From contig CANQRB010000004.1 of the NCBI GenBank assembly GCA_947626145.1, forward strand, positions 29,250 through 93,249: a DNA stretch of 64,000 nt, given 5' to 3'. Each line of letters opens with the position of its first letter. Positions within the stretch are counted from its first letter, which is position 1. Shown piece by piece: positions 1 through 9,041 of this stretch. Made by a program: the position numbers and the translations under genes. The notes under the pieces are model-generated. The model did no database searches. It saw only the letters and a program-made list of their open reading frames with translations, and had not been told where the DNA came from. Source of the stretch: an uncultured Clostridia bacterium (GTDB taxonomy: Bacteria; Bacillota; Clostridia; UMGS1883).

Positions 1-1929
1 GCCCGTGGTGTTAAGAAGGCCGAGGCCGCCTTTAATATAGAGAACCTTTCCGACCCCGAGAACATGAAGCTCAGCCACCACATCAATCAGGCCATCCGTG
101 CCCACGGCATCATGAAGCGGGACGTTGACTACGTTGTGAAGGACGGCGAAGTACTCATCGTTGACGAGTTCACCGGCCGTATCATGGTGGGACGGCGTTA
201 CAGCGACGGCCTCCATCAGGCCATTGAGGCCAAGGAGGGCGTGGAGGTCGCCCGTGAGAACAAGACCCTTGCCTCCATCACTTTCCAGAATTATTTCCGT
301 CTGTACGAAAAGCTCAGCGGCATGACCGGTACGGCCAAGACCGAGGAAGAGGAATTCCGTGGCATTTACGGCCTTGACGTTGTGGAAATTCCCACAAACA
401 AGCCCATCGCCCGCATAGACCAAAACGATCAGGTGTACAAAAACGTCACCGCCAAGTACAACGCCGTTGTCCGTGAGATCGAGGCGGCTCACTCTACTGG
501 CCAGCCTGTGCTGGTTGGCACCGTGTCCATTGACAAGTCTGAAATACTCAGCCGCATGCTGAAGGCCAAGGGCATAAAGCATCAGGTTCTGAACGCCAAG
601 CAGCACGAAAAAGAGGCTCAGATAATCGCTCAGGCCGGCAAGCTTGGGGCAGTTACCATTGCCACTAACATGGCGGGCCGCGGTACCGATATTTCTCTGG
701 GCGGCAACGCCGAGTATCTTGCCAAGAACGAGATGCTCCGCCGTGGCTATACCGACGAGATAATCGCCGAGGCCACAGGCTACGCCGAAACGGACAATCA
801 GGAAATACTTGACGCCCGCAAGGTCTATAACGATTTGTATAAGGAATATAGGGTGGAGGTCGAAAAGGAAGCCGAGCAGGTTCGGGCTCTCGGCGGCCTG
901 TATATCATAGGCACCGAGCGCCACGAGGCCCGGCGTATCGACAACCAGCTCCGGGGCCGAAGCGGCCGTCAGGGCGACCCGGGCAAGAGCACCTTCTTCA
1001 TCGGTCTGGACGACGACCTGATGAGGCTTTTCGGCGGCGAACGCATTGAAAAAATGGTCAGCTCCATGGGCCTGCCCGACGACGAGCCCATCGAGCAGAA
1101 GATACTCACCTCCGCCATTGAAAACGCCCAGAAAAAGGTGGAGGGCCGCAACTACAGCACCCGTAAATACGTGCTCCAATACGACGACGTTATGAACCAG
1201 CAGCGTGAGATAATCTACGGTCAGCGCCAGAAGGTGCTGGACGGCGAGGATCTGCGCGACACCATTCAGGGCATGATAGACGAGATAATCAAGTCCGCCG
1301 TGGACACCTACTGCAACGCCCCGTACCCGGACGACTGGGATCTCAACGGCTTCTACGACTATGTGGAAAAGCTCTTTGTGCCCCAGGGCGCCCTGCGCTA
1401 TACAAAGGATCAGTTCAACGACCTGACAAAGGAAAAGGTGCTTGAGGACCTTCACGACTTTGCCGACCGGCGGTACGCCGAACAGGAGGCCCTCTTCGGC
1501 CCCAATATGCGGGAGGTGGAGCGTGTCATCGTTCTCCGCGCCGTCGACACCCACTGGATGGATCACATAGATGAGATGGATCAGCTCAAGAACGGTATCA
1601 ATCTTCGGGCCTACGGCCAACACAATCCCGTGGACGAGTATAAGTTCCTTGGCTTCGATATGTTTGAGGAAATGGTGGCCGGCATCCGTGAGGACACCGT
1701 TAGATATGTAATGAACGTAAAGCCCAGAATACAGCAGATCCAGCGGGTACAGGTGGCCAAGCCCACCATGGCCGTCCACGGCGACGGCAGCCAGAGCGTT
1801 AAGCCCCGTCCTGCCCAGCGCAAGGCCGTCAAGGTGGGCCGCAACGACCCCTGTCCCTGCGGCAGCGGCAAAAAGTACAAGAATTGTTGTATGGCGAAGG
1901 ACGAGCAACAGGAGGCGGCAAATAAATGA
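1..1929 (+). CDS. secA: Preprotein translocase SecA, C-terminal portion (5' end lies outside the window; reading frame is open from base 1)
   Basis: Translation shows the SecA IRA/helical scaffold region and the C-terminal zinc-binding motif [13 protein letters not shown]. The frame is open from position 1 ([24 protein letters not shown]...). Confidence 0.9.
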   Translation, partial: ARGVKKAEAAFNIENLSDPENMKLSHHINQAIRAHGIMKRDVDYVVKDGEVLIVDEFTGRIMVGRRYSDGLHQAIEAKEGVEVARENKTLASITFQNYFRLYEKLSGMTGTAKTEEEEFRGIYGLDVVEIPTNKPIARIDQNDQVYKNVTAKYNAVVREIEAAHSTGQPVLVGTVSIDKSEILSRMLKAKGIKHQVLNAKQHEKEAQIIAQAGKLGAVTIATNMAGRGTDISLGGNAEYLAKNEMLRRGYTDEIIAEATGYAETDNQEILDARKVYNDLYKEYRVEVEKEAEQVRALGGLYIIGTERHEARRIDNQLRGRSGRQGDPGKSTFFIGLDDDLMRLFGGERIEKMVSSMGLPDDEPIEQKILTSAIENAQKKVEGRNYSTRKYVLQYDDVMNQQREIIYGQRQKVLDGEDLRDTIQGMIDEIIKSAVDTYCNAPYPDDWDLNGFYDYVEKLFVPQGALRYTKDQFNDLTKEKVLEDLHDFADRRYAEQEALFGPNMREVERVIVLRAVDTHWMDHIDEMDQLKNGINLRAYGQHNPVDEYKFLGFDMFEEMVAGIREDTVRYVMNVKPRIQQIQRVQVAKPTMAVHGDGSQSVKPRPAQRKAVKVGRNDPCPCGSGKKYKNCCMAKDEQQEAANK

Positions 1930-3050
1930 TAGTTGAATACGAACAGTTCAAGCAGGAGCTTGCCGGTCAGGAGGGGCCGATAAAAGAGCTGGGTTCGGCC
2001 CTGAACATCGACGGCGCCCGTGAGGAGGCCGCCGCGCTGGAAAAAAAGACCCTCGAGCCCGATTTCTATTCCGATCCGGACAAGAGCCAGAAGGTGCTTC
2101 AAAAAATAAAGCAGCTTGGCGCGAAGATAAAGCGCTACGACGACATGGTTTCCCTCTGGGAGGACACCACAACCCTTCTGGAGCTGGCTATTGCCGAGGA
2201 GGACGCCAGCGTCATGGAGGAAATTTCCTCCGGCTGTCAGCGTCTTCGGGAGACCGTGGAGGCCACCCGTCTTGAAACCCTGCTCTCCGGCCCCTACGAC
2301 AGGAGCAACGCCATCATCACCCTTCACGCCGGAGCGGGCGGCACCGAGGCTCAGGACTGGTGCAGTATGCTTTACCGTATGTACCAGATGTGGGCCGAGC
2401 GCCGTGGCTATGCCGTGTCCACCCTTGACTTCCTTGACGGGGACGAGGCCGGAATAAAAAGCATAACCATTCTTGTGGAGGGGCTCAACGCCTACGGCTA
2501 CGCCAAGTGCGAGAAGGGCGTCCACCGTCTGGTGCGCATTTCTCCCTTCGACGCGGCGGGCCGCCGGCATACCTCCTTCGCCTCGGTCGAGGTCATGCCC
2601 GACATTGAGGACGACATAGAGATAAACATCAACCCCGACGACCTTAAGATAGACACCTACCGCTCCAGCGGAGCCGGCGGCCAGCACGTCAACAAGACCA
2701 GCTCCGCCATCCGCATAACCCACATTCCCACCGGCGTTGTGGTCGCCTGTCAGAACGAGCGCAGCCAGTTCCAGAACAAGGACACCGCCATGAAGATGCT
2801 TAAGGCCAAGCTCATGGAGATTGCCGAGGCCGAGCACAAAGAAAAAATCGAGGACATCAAGGGCGTGCAAAAGGAAATAGCCTGGGGCAGCCAGATACGC
2901 TCCTATGTTTTCCACCCCTACACCATGGTCAAGGATCACCGCACCGGCTACGAGGTGGGCAACATAAGCGCCGTCATGGACGGAGATCTGGACGGCTTCA
3001 TCAACGAGTACCTGCGCAAGGCCAGTCTGGGCCAGCTGGAGCTGAAATAA
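1926..3050 (+). CDS. prfB: Peptide chain release factor 2; contiguous ORF with no programmed +1 frameshift
   Basis: GGQ motif ([23 protein letters not shown]), SPF-like region ([18 protein letters not shown]) and RF2-like N-terminus. ATGA overlap with the secA stop. No CTT TGA C shift site in the N-terminal region. Confidence 0.9.
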   Translation: MIVEYEQFKQELAGQEGPIKELGSALNIDGAREEAAALEKKTLEPDFYSDPDKSQKVLQKIKQLGAKIKRYDDMVSLWEDTTTLLELAIAEEDASVMEEISSGCQRLRETVEATRLETLLSGPYDRSNAIITLHAGAGGTEAQDWCSMLYRMYQMWAERRGYAVSTLDFLDGDEAGIKSITILVEGLNAYGYAKCEKGVHRLVRISPFDAAGRRHTSFASVEVMPDIEDDIEININPDDLKIDTYRSSGAGGQHVNKTSSAIRITHIPTGVVVACQNERSQFQNKDTAMKMLKAKLMEIAEAEHKEKIEDIKGVQKEIAWGSQIRSYVFHPYTMVKDHRTGYEVGNISAVMDGDLDGFINEYLRKASLGQLELK

Positions 3051-3069
3051 AACCTTTGCCGACTGTTTT

Positions 3070-3609
3070 ATGAGTGAACTTAAGCGAAAAATCAAAGCAT
3101 GGCTTGACGACTTCCAATTCCGCCACAATTTCAATCTGGCATGGTTCATACGCTACGCCCTCGGCGGCACCGCCACGGTGATTTTGGAGTACACGGTAAT
3201 GTACCTGCTGCTGTGGTGGACCCTGCCATGGGACGTGATAGTGGCCCTCCTGCCGGAAAGGCTGCAGGCCGCCGCCGCAGGCGAGCTCAGCACCTGGGCG
3301 CTGGTTGTCAGCAACGTCATGAGCTATGTTTTCAACTATTTTGTCTCAAAATACTGGGTGTTCCGCAGCCCCGACACCAAACACAGCCGTGACGCGGCGC
3401 TGTTTTTCCTGTCCTGCGTGGTGAATTTGATCCTCGTTTCGGTCACCGGCAGGCTCGCCCTTGCGGGGCTGGAGCTTCTGCCCCTCGCCGGAAAGACGTG
3501 GGAGATGCTGAAGCCCGCCGTGGCCAAGACCGTGTCCAACATAGTAGCCTATATCTCGGTGCTGCTGTTCAAGCGGTTCATAATCTGGAACGATACCAGC
3601 AAATATTGA
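3070..3609 (+). CDS. GtrA-family small membrane protein (polysaccharide synthesis-associated)
   Basis: Four hydrophobic segments and the GtrA-like motif YFVSKYWVFR; about 180 aa. Confidence 0.55.
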   Translation: MSELKRKIKAWLDDFQFRHNFNLAWFIRYALGGTATVILEYTVMYLLLWWTLPWDVIVALLPERLQAAAAGELSTWALVVSNVMSYVFNYFVSKYWVFRSPDTKHSRDAALFFLSCVVNLILVSVTGRLALAGLELLPLAGKTWEMLKPAVAKTVSNIVAYISVLLFKRFIIWNDTSKY

Positions 3610-3613
3610 TATT

Positions 3614-4198
3614 ATGTTAATAGACGAAGCCGCGAATTTGATAATGGAAAAGGCCGCCTCTCTCCGGCGCGGGGAGGGGCCGCTTGTTATTGCTCTGGAC
3701 GGCCGCTGCGCCTCGGGCAAGACCACGCTGGCCGGTAGGCTCGGGGAGCTGATGGGCTGCGCGGTTTTTCACATGGACGACTATTTCCCCCGGCCCGAAC
3801 AGCGGACGGAGCGCCGCCTTTCGGCCCCCGGCGGCAACGTGGATCACGAGCGCTTCCTGTCGGAGGTGCTTATTCCCCTGCGCTCTGGAGCGGAGGAGAT
3901 ATGCTTTCGTCCCTTTGACTGCCATAAAATGGAGCTGGCCCCGCCCGTTAAGGCGCGGGTCACGCCCACCGTGGTGGTGGAGGGCTCATATAGCTGTCAT
4001 CCGGCCCTGTGGGATTGCTATGACTTGCGGGTGTTCCTCACGGTAACTCCGGAGGAACAGCTCCGGCGCATAGCCCTGCGCAACGGCCCCGACGGGCTGA
4101 AAAGCTTCCGTGAGCGGTGGATACCCATGGAGGAGCGGTATTTTTCCGCCTTTCGGATAATGGAGCGATGTGATATTGTGGTCGGAGATCGGGAGTAA
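3614..4198 (+). CDS. P-loop nucleoside/uridine kinase-like protein
   Basis: Walker A LDGRCASGKTTLA followed by a DDYF motif; size and layout resemble the uridine kinase/PRK family. Confidence 0.5.
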   Translation: MLIDEAANLIMEKAASLRRGEGPLVIALDGRCASGKTTLAGRLGELMGCAVFHMDDYFPRPEQRTERRLSAPGGNVDHERFLSEVLIPLRSGAEEICFRPFDCHKMELAPPVKARVTPTVVVEGSYSCHPALWDCYDLRVFLTVTPEEQLRRIALRNGPDGLKSFRERWIPMEERYFSAFRIMERCDIVVGDRE

Positions 4199-4232
4199 TA
4201 GAAAATCGGCAGTAATAACTTTTCACACGACA

Positions 4233-4262
4233 AAAACGGAACCTTTCGGTTCCGTTTTTGTT
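4233..4262. terminator. Intrinsic terminator hairpin (aaaacggaacc-tttc-ggttccgtttt) followed by a T run; A run upstream allows bidirectional use
   Basis: Perfect 11-bp stem with 4-nt loop, then TTTTTG; about 35 nt downstream of the kinase stop. Confidence 0.6.
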
Positions 4263-4532
4263 TGGCTCGGGCCGCCCTGTGGTCGAGGCAGGGCGGCCTT
4301 GTGCCTGTAATTTAAGGAAGAATTATAACCACGCTTTCTTTCAGCTCGGTTTTCCGGGCGGCAGCTTCCTCGCGCGCGCCGCCTTTTTTCTGTCCGGCTC
4401 CGCTGCAGACGGGCGGATCAGGGATGGCCTCGCCTTTGGAAAGCGGCGGTTAACTTGGGTCGGGGTGGCCGGTCTGTTGCGGCCACGGTGTGAGTGGAAT
4501 CAGTTTGCAAAAATCTGTTAACACAAAATAGT

Positions 4533-4706
4533 TTATTGTTTCTGCTTCCAAACCTTATAATCGTCAACAACAGATTTTGTATCTGTGATAACTTTTGCCC
4601 CGGTTATGCCTAAACTGGTCGCTTGGAACAGAACCCCGTCCATAACGGCCTTATCGGGAGACAGGTCTTTAATATCTATTGCGGGATTTTCAAATGCTTT
4701 TCTCAT
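4533..4706 (-). CDS. Small hypothetical protein (57 aa) translationally coupled downstream of the 1034-aa surface protein gene; below the ORF-track size cutoff
   Basis: GGAGG, 9-nt spacer, ATG at 4706, starting 14 nt after the upstream stop. Translation MRKAFENPAIDIKDLSPDKAVMDGVLFQATSLGITGAKVITDTKSVVDDYKVWKQKQ. Confidence 0.4.
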   Translation of the reverse strand: MRKAFENPAIDIKDLSPDKAVMDGVLFQATSLGITGAKVITDTKSVVDDYKVWKQKQ

Positions 4707-4720
4707 TTTAATCTACCTCC

Positions 4721-7700
4721 TTACAGCTCGGGAATGAAGTCGACTTCCGCACCAGCGGAATCAGCTTCGGTCTCGGCGATTTCGGTACTTACAAACTCAA
4801 TCTCAACACTGTCTAGGCTGAAGATCATAGCACCATCAACGCCTTCACAAGTAACATCATTGCCATTGATAGTTATCTTATAGAACAAGCCCTCAGTTTG
4901 AGTTGCTGTTTTATCTGTGCCGTTTACATCAACAATGGTAGATACCTTGAAGCCTATACCATTATCGTAAAGGGCTTTATCCAGTTCTATCGTTGTTCCT
5001 GCTTCACTGCTTGTAACTTTAATGAATTCTTTACGAACATCGTTAATAGCGTTCTTGTCATCAAGAACAACACCGCCGGTGCTGAGAATAGCAATGGCCT
5101 GTTCAAGCTTTTTTGCATCAAATTTTTCACGATTCAAAGTATCTTTGTAGTCGCTAAGGTTGGTTTTGATATCGTTAGCAAGCAACTCATAAAGAGATGC
5201 TTCAGCTTGAGCGATGAGATAACCGCTATTTGTGTCAACAAGCCTTGCCATATAGTAAATATTGCTTCCATTGTCTTTTTTCGGAATAACAAGTACAGAC
5301 GGAGCCCCGTTACTGAGGACAGAAGTGTCTATAGTCGTATTGTCTACTCCTTTACCGCCTTTTTCATTTGTTGTTTCGTGAAGATCAATAGCTGTAACCT
5401 TTAGCGTCTGTCCATCATAAGCACCATCGGCAGTAAAAGTTATGCCCAAAGTATCCGCACTGTCTCCATCAGCAGCAAAGCCAAGTCCAGCGGTGAGTGT
5501 AGCCGTCGCAGGAACGTCCACGCCACCTGCATATACGGCAAACTTGCTGATCTCAAGGTCTCCTTCACTTGAGGGATTGTTTCCAAAGAAGGAAACACCG
5601 TCAATTCCTCCATTGTTACGGAATGGTATGCCCATCAACATTTTACCTTCACCGGATGATTCATTCCGCACGGAAAGATTATATGTGTTATTTGTAACAT
5701 CAACATCTACGATAAAAGCATATGACTGATTAAGCTCCATTGTCATAAATTCTTTCTTGGCGGCGTTGTCTCTGTAGTAAATTTTGTCGCCACCGATAGG
5801 CAAATGAATACGAAGATTTGTGCCATACGCATCTGTCCCTTTTGCGTCGTACTTAAAAAATCCGATAGCGTTGTCGCCGTTTTGTTTGGCAACAAGAGTA
5901 AATGCGACGGTAAATTTGTCTGATATTTCTTTAGGGAAACGATACATTTCACTAAATGTCCTACCCTGATTGTTGATTACTGAGTTAGAACCAACGGTCA
6001 TGCCGGCTGTAGGATCAAATGTCTTTTCATGAGTCACAACATTTGCCGTCAAGGTAAGGCCTGTATCGGCGATAGTGCCGGTAGTATCCTCCCATGTTAC
6101 GGGCAATTCCTCGGCTGTCACTGCATCACTGTCAACAGTGGTCTTAATTGCGGTGGGAAGAACATAGTTATATCCTTCGAGAGTATTAATGTCAATGCTG
6201 TCGGGGCCGGTGATGGTGGCAGTTAACTCGGCCTCAACCTCAATTTCCTTAGTAGTGGTTGCGATAATAGTATCCTGATCAGACGCCTTATTGGTATAAT
6301 ATTTATCTGCTATGCGACGATTAGTAATAATCTTGCCATCACTGGCGGCACGGCCTTGATCAACGACCTGGTTTTCTGCAACTTTTACCGTTTCGCCTAC
6401 CTTGCCGGTCTGTTTCTCGATAGTGGCTACAGTTTGACCCTTGTATTTGGCATTTATGACGTAATCCACATCGTCGTTTTCAAGATTGCTAAGTTTGGTT
6501 ATTTTGAAGTTGTCGATGATGGGCTGAGTATCGTTACCGACCCAAGCGGTCTTAAAGCCCAGTTTTGTCTGCTTGGAACCGGTCCATACAATAAACTGCT
6601 TCGTCTCAAATTGATTGAGAGTGTGCAGGGTCATCTGCTGAAGCTTTTGGCTGGTATTGTCATTTTTGTCGGCATACCAATCAGCGCAGGGGTCGTCGGC
6701 CTCGCCGGTGCCATTGGCATCGGTTACGTAAAGCCACATATACTGATCCTTTGCCTGCTTGGTTGGCATGACGTCAAAGCTCACGAGATAACGGGTATTG
6801 GGGTCAACATTCCAAGTGCCGCCGAAAACAGTTCCGGCCGCACCGGCAACGCCCTTGAGCCAAAGAGCCTGGCTTCCTTCGGTCTTTTGGTTCTCACCCT
6901 TGACTATCTCATATTCTTCATTGGGTATATTAGTCCAACCATTAATACCATTTTCAAAGCCGTCGTTGGTGCCGGTAACAGTTCCCTCGACATTTTTTAC
7001 ATGTTTGGCGGTAATGTCGTAGTTGTTATTACCTTCACTCAAAGTGATCTCTTTGATTTCGGGGAGAGCAAGTTCATAAAGCTTTTCATTTTTAACAAGG
7101 TACTTGTTGCAACTGTTGAGAGAAAACTTATCTCCGGCAAAGTATTCCTTTTTATTTCCGTTTGGATTAGACTCCTCCAAAACATTTCCGCCGTCCATTA
7201 TGCGAACATTGACAGCAGCGTCGGGAGACAAAACCTTAACATCAGCAAGGTAAGCATCCTTAAGAGAAGCTACACCCCCAGTGGCATCTCCGCCGTGGAT
7301 ATTGGAGAGCAGAAAAGCGACCTTACCACCAACTATCTTATCGGCAGGAATACGGAGCTGAGACGTCACCTCAGTCCATGAATTAGATACATTTGATGTA
7401 CTCAGTGTTCCGACAAGAACTCTGCCCTCAACAGCAGTATCGAGCAGAGCGTTGTTCTCAGCTTCAACAGCTGCAGGGTCAACAGCAAAAATGGCAGCTT
7501 TAGATATACGGTCGTTAGCACCATTGTTAGACCATGCCTGAACCTTAAAGGTAGCCCGAAGAATTTGACCGGCAGCAACATTAGTGTCTTCTGGCAGTGT
7601 GAATTCAGCAAAACCCGCACGGTTATTTGAGAAAGACACTATGGCAGACTGAGCGTCTTGAACTTTGTATTCGTCAAATGTTTGCGGACGCTTAGCATCG

Positions 7701-7825
7701 GAATTAAAATTCCAACCATAAAGCTTATCTGCGGCGATATCTCCATCAGCCGCAAAAGCTACGGGCACTACTGTCAATACCATGGCCAAAACCACAGCCA
7801 ATGACAGAACTTTTTTGATTCTCAT
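4721..7825 (-). CDS. Large secreted multidomain surface protein (signal peptide; CBM4/9-like carbohydrate-binding and bacterial Ig-like regions); no SLH or LPXTG anchor seen
   Basis: N-terminal signal peptide MRIKKVLSLAVVLAMVLTVVPVAFA|AD. GFENGINGW...W segment typical of CBM_4_9. Ig-like beta-rich segments. Strong RBS GGAGGTAACAAAAATG. Confidence 0.7.
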   Translation of the reverse strand: MRIKKVLSLAVVLAMVLTVVPVAFAADGDIAADKLYGWNFNSDAKRPQTFDEYKVQDAQSAIVSFSNNRAGFAEFTLPEDTNVAAGQILRATFKVQAWSNNGANDRISKAAIFAVDPAAVEAENNALLDTAVEGRVLVGTLSTSNVSNSWTEVTSQLRIPADKIVGGKVAFLLSNIHGGDATGGVASLKDAYLADVKVLSPDAAVNVRIMDGGNVLEESNPNGNKKEYFAGDKFSLNSCNKYLVKNEKLYELALPEIKEITLSEGNNNYDITAKHVKNVEGTVTGTNDGFENGINGWTNIPNEEYEIVKGENQKTEGSQALWLKGVAGAAGTVFGGTWNVDPNTRYLVSFDVMPTKQAKDQYMWLYVTDANGTGEADDPCADWYADKNDNTSQKLQQMTLHTLNQFETKQFIVWTGSKQTKLGFKTAWVGNDTQPIIDNFKITKLSNLENDDVDYVINAKYKGQTVATIEKQTGKVGETVKVAENQVVDQGRAASDGKIITNRRIADKYYTNKASDQDTIIATTTKEIEVEAELTATITGPDSIDINTLEGYNYVLPTAIKTTVDSDAVTAEELPVTWEDTTGTIADTGLTLTANVVTHEKTFDPTAGMTVGSNSVINNQGRTFSEMYRFPKEISDKFTVAFTLVAKQNGDNAIGFFKYDAKGTDAYGTNLRIHLPIGGDKIYYRDNAAKKEFMTMELNQSYAFIVDVDVTNNTYNLSVRNESSGEGKMLMGIPFRNNGGIDGVSFFGNNPSSEGDLEISKFAVYAGGVDVPATATLTAGLGFAADGDSADTLGITFTADGAYDGQTLKVTAIDLHETTNEKGGKGVDNTTIDTSVLSNGAPSVLVIPKKDNGSNIYYMARLVDTNSGYLIAQAEASLYELLANDIKTNLSDYKDTLNREKFDAKKLEQAIAILSTGGVVLDDKNAINDVRKEFIKVTSSEAGTTIELDKALYDNGIGFKVSTIVDVNGTDKTATQTEGLFYKITINGNDVTCEGVDGAMIFSLDSVEIEFVSTEIAETEADSAGAEVDFIPEL

Positions 7826-7878
7826 TTTTGTTACCTCCTTAAAATTTTGCTAAAAAATAAATCCTCGATTTCATGCGC

Positions 7879-7906
7879 ACTTCCTATAAGAAATGCTATC
7901 GGAAGT
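7879..7906. repeat. Left recombinase-site-like inverted repeat: 10-bp arms around an 8-bp asymmetric core (ACTTCCTATA-AGAAATGC-TATCGGAAGT)
   Basis: 27/28 identical to the reverse complement of the site at 8187-8214. The asymmetric 8-bp core is exactly reverse-complementary between the two sites. Confidence 0.6.
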
Positions 7907-8023
7907 AAATTTATGCCGTTTTACGGCAATATTTACAACATAAAAATGAAAATTAGAAATTATTTGTTGAAATTGCACAATTACTCACAACAATTTTGTA
8001 CATTATGGATAAGGGAAAGATAT

Positions 8024-8052
8024 TGACTTTTTTATGGCAAAAGTAGTATAAT
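8024..8052 (+). promoter_or_regulatory. Consensus sigma-A type promoter TTGACT-17-TATAAT on the plus strand, inside the IR-flanked segment
   Basis: -35 TTGACT at 8024-8029, exact 17-nt spacer, -10 TATAAT at 8047-8052. Confidence 0.6.
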
Positions 8053-8186
8053 TAGATTATAAAATTTCATGTGCCGATCATAGGAAAGCCTCGGAAAAAG
8101 GCCGTGTTAAGCCGGATTTGCCCGGTTGACGGCGCAGAGGTCGACTGCAAAGCCAGCCTTGGAGCGATGAATGGCCGCTCGGTTTT

Positions 8187-8214
8187 ACTTCCGATAGCAT
8201 TTCTTATCGGAAGT
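8187..8214. repeat. Right recombinase-site-like inverted repeat (ACTTCCGATA-GCATTTCT-TATCGGAAGT)
   Basis: Perfect 10-bp inverted arms; core GCATTTCT is the reverse complement of the left-site core AGAAATGC. Confidence 0.6.
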
Positions 8215-8235
8215 TCGATGAAATCATACAAAAAA

Positions 8236-8283
8236 GCACCTGTGACAAGCTCTTTATCGTGAGCTTGCCGCAGGTGTTTTTTT
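8236..8283 (+). terminator. Intrinsic terminator: about 16-bp imperfect stem (gcacctgtgacaagctc...gagcttgccgcaggtg) then T7
   Basis: Hairpin 8236-8276 followed by TTTTTTT at 8277-8283; sits just downstream of the right IR and before the ECF sigma gene. Confidence 0.55.
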
Positions 8284-8318
8284 AATGTGATGCCGTTATT
8301 TTCGATATAACGCAAAAA

Positions 8319-8344
8319 GCAGCCGATTTCGGCCGCTTTTTTTA
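8319..8344 (+). terminator. Second intrinsic terminator (gcagccga-ttt-cggccgc then T8)
   Basis: GC-rich hairpin followed by TTTTTTTT; A run upstream. Confidence 0.45.
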
Positions 8345-8425
8345 TTATACGCCTACGTCGCAATCCGTTCTTTGGTATCATAGTTGTATAGGCTTGTATT
8401 TCGCATAAAAAATTTAAAATTTTCC

Positions 8426-8453
8426 TGCAACTTTTCGATCCTTTGCAACGAAT
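8426..8453 (+). promoter_or_regulatory. Candidate ECF-type autoregulated promoter (-35 TGCAAC, 17 nt, -10 CGAAT) just upstream of the ECF sigma gene
   Basis: The TGCAAC -35 resembles the SigM/SigX/SigW class; a second TGCAAC copy lies nearby; about 15 nt from the RBS. Confidence 0.3.
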
Positions 8454-8471
8454 ATATTAAGTGGAAGGAGG

Positions 8472-9041
8472 TTGAGCGGATTGGCGGCGGAGCACGAGGA
8501 ACTTAAATGGATAAGGAAAATCAAGCTGTTCGGTTCAAAAAAAGACGCCGACAGTCTGGTTCGGTCTTATTACGATGAGATTTACAGATATGTATCCCGA
8601 CAGCTTCCCGACAGCGGGGACGCCTGGGATCTTACTCAGGAAATCTTTATATCCATGCTGCGCTCCATAAAGTCGTACAAAAAAGAACGGTCGTCCTTCC
8701 GCACATGGCTGTACCGCATCGCCACAAACAAAATTATAGACTGCCGCCGGAAAAAGGTTCCGACGACTGCCGCGCCCGACGAAGTCAATACAGCCGACGA
8801 TGCCGATTTTATAAGTCAAATCGCCCAGGCCGAGCTGCTGAAAAAAATCGAGGGCTATGTCAACCGCTTTTCGCCCGCCGTGCAGCAGATATACAGACTG
8901 CACATTTACGGGGATTTTACCTTCGCAAGCATCGCTTCAGCCCTGGACATCCCTGAGGCCACCGTAAAATCCCACTATTACAGATTGCAGAAAAAAATAA
9001 GAGAGGAGTTTGGCGATGAGTACAGAGACGTTGTCGAATGA
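8472..9041 (+). CDS. ECF (sigma-70 region 2/4) RNA polymerase sigma factor; TTG start at 8472 or 8481
   Basis: Sigma-70 region 2 (YYDEIYRYVSRQLPDSGDAWDLTQEIFISM) and region 4 HTH (FASIASALDIPEATVKSHYYRLQKKI). AGGAGG lies 9 nt before the TTG at 8481. Confidence 0.85.
   Translation: MSGLAAEHEELKWIRKIKLFGSKKDADSLVRSYYDEIYRYVSRQLPDSGDAWDLTQEIFISMLRSIKSYKKERSSFRTWLYRIATNKIIDCRRKKVPTTAAPDEVNTADDADFISQIAQAELLKKIEGYVNRFSPAVQQIYRLHIYGDFTFASIASALDIPEATVKSHYYRLQKKIREEFGDEYRDVVE

Noticed and set aside
1611-3149. 512-aa ORF antisense to secA/prfB. Numerous similar long antisense ORFs occur across the window, including 33575-33946, 34369-35016, 36913-37335, 37539-38471, 41607-43055, 43835-45085, 45850-47118, 47477-48565, 48917-50584, 51474-53081, 56384-57424, 57675-58505, 60112-61254, 61381-62262, 62793-63212 and 63043-63897.
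   Set aside because: Typical stop-codon-poor antisense frames of high-GC coding DNA. Each overlaps a confidently identified gene on the opposite strand, has no RBS, and translates to low-complexity Ala/Arg/Gly/Pro-rich sequence.
3141-3392. 83-aa Arg/His-rich ORF and other small ORFs overlapping the gtrA-like gene
   Set aside because: Out-of-frame overlap with a plausible membrane-protein gene; composition typical of spurious frames.
7879-8214. The 28-bp palindromic sites as simple paired operators for DNA-looping repression
   Set aside because: Not excluded, but ranked below the recombination model. The non-palindromic 8-bp core is conserved 8/8 in opposite orientation between the two sites, as recombinase crossover cores are. 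A dimeric repressor imposes no constraint on the spacer sequence.
8071-8381. Short ORFs (63 aa on the plus strand, 104 aa on the minus strand) inside and just right of the candidate switch
   Set aside because: No RBS, overlapping each other, and crossing the IR and terminator hairpins. Likely non-coding.
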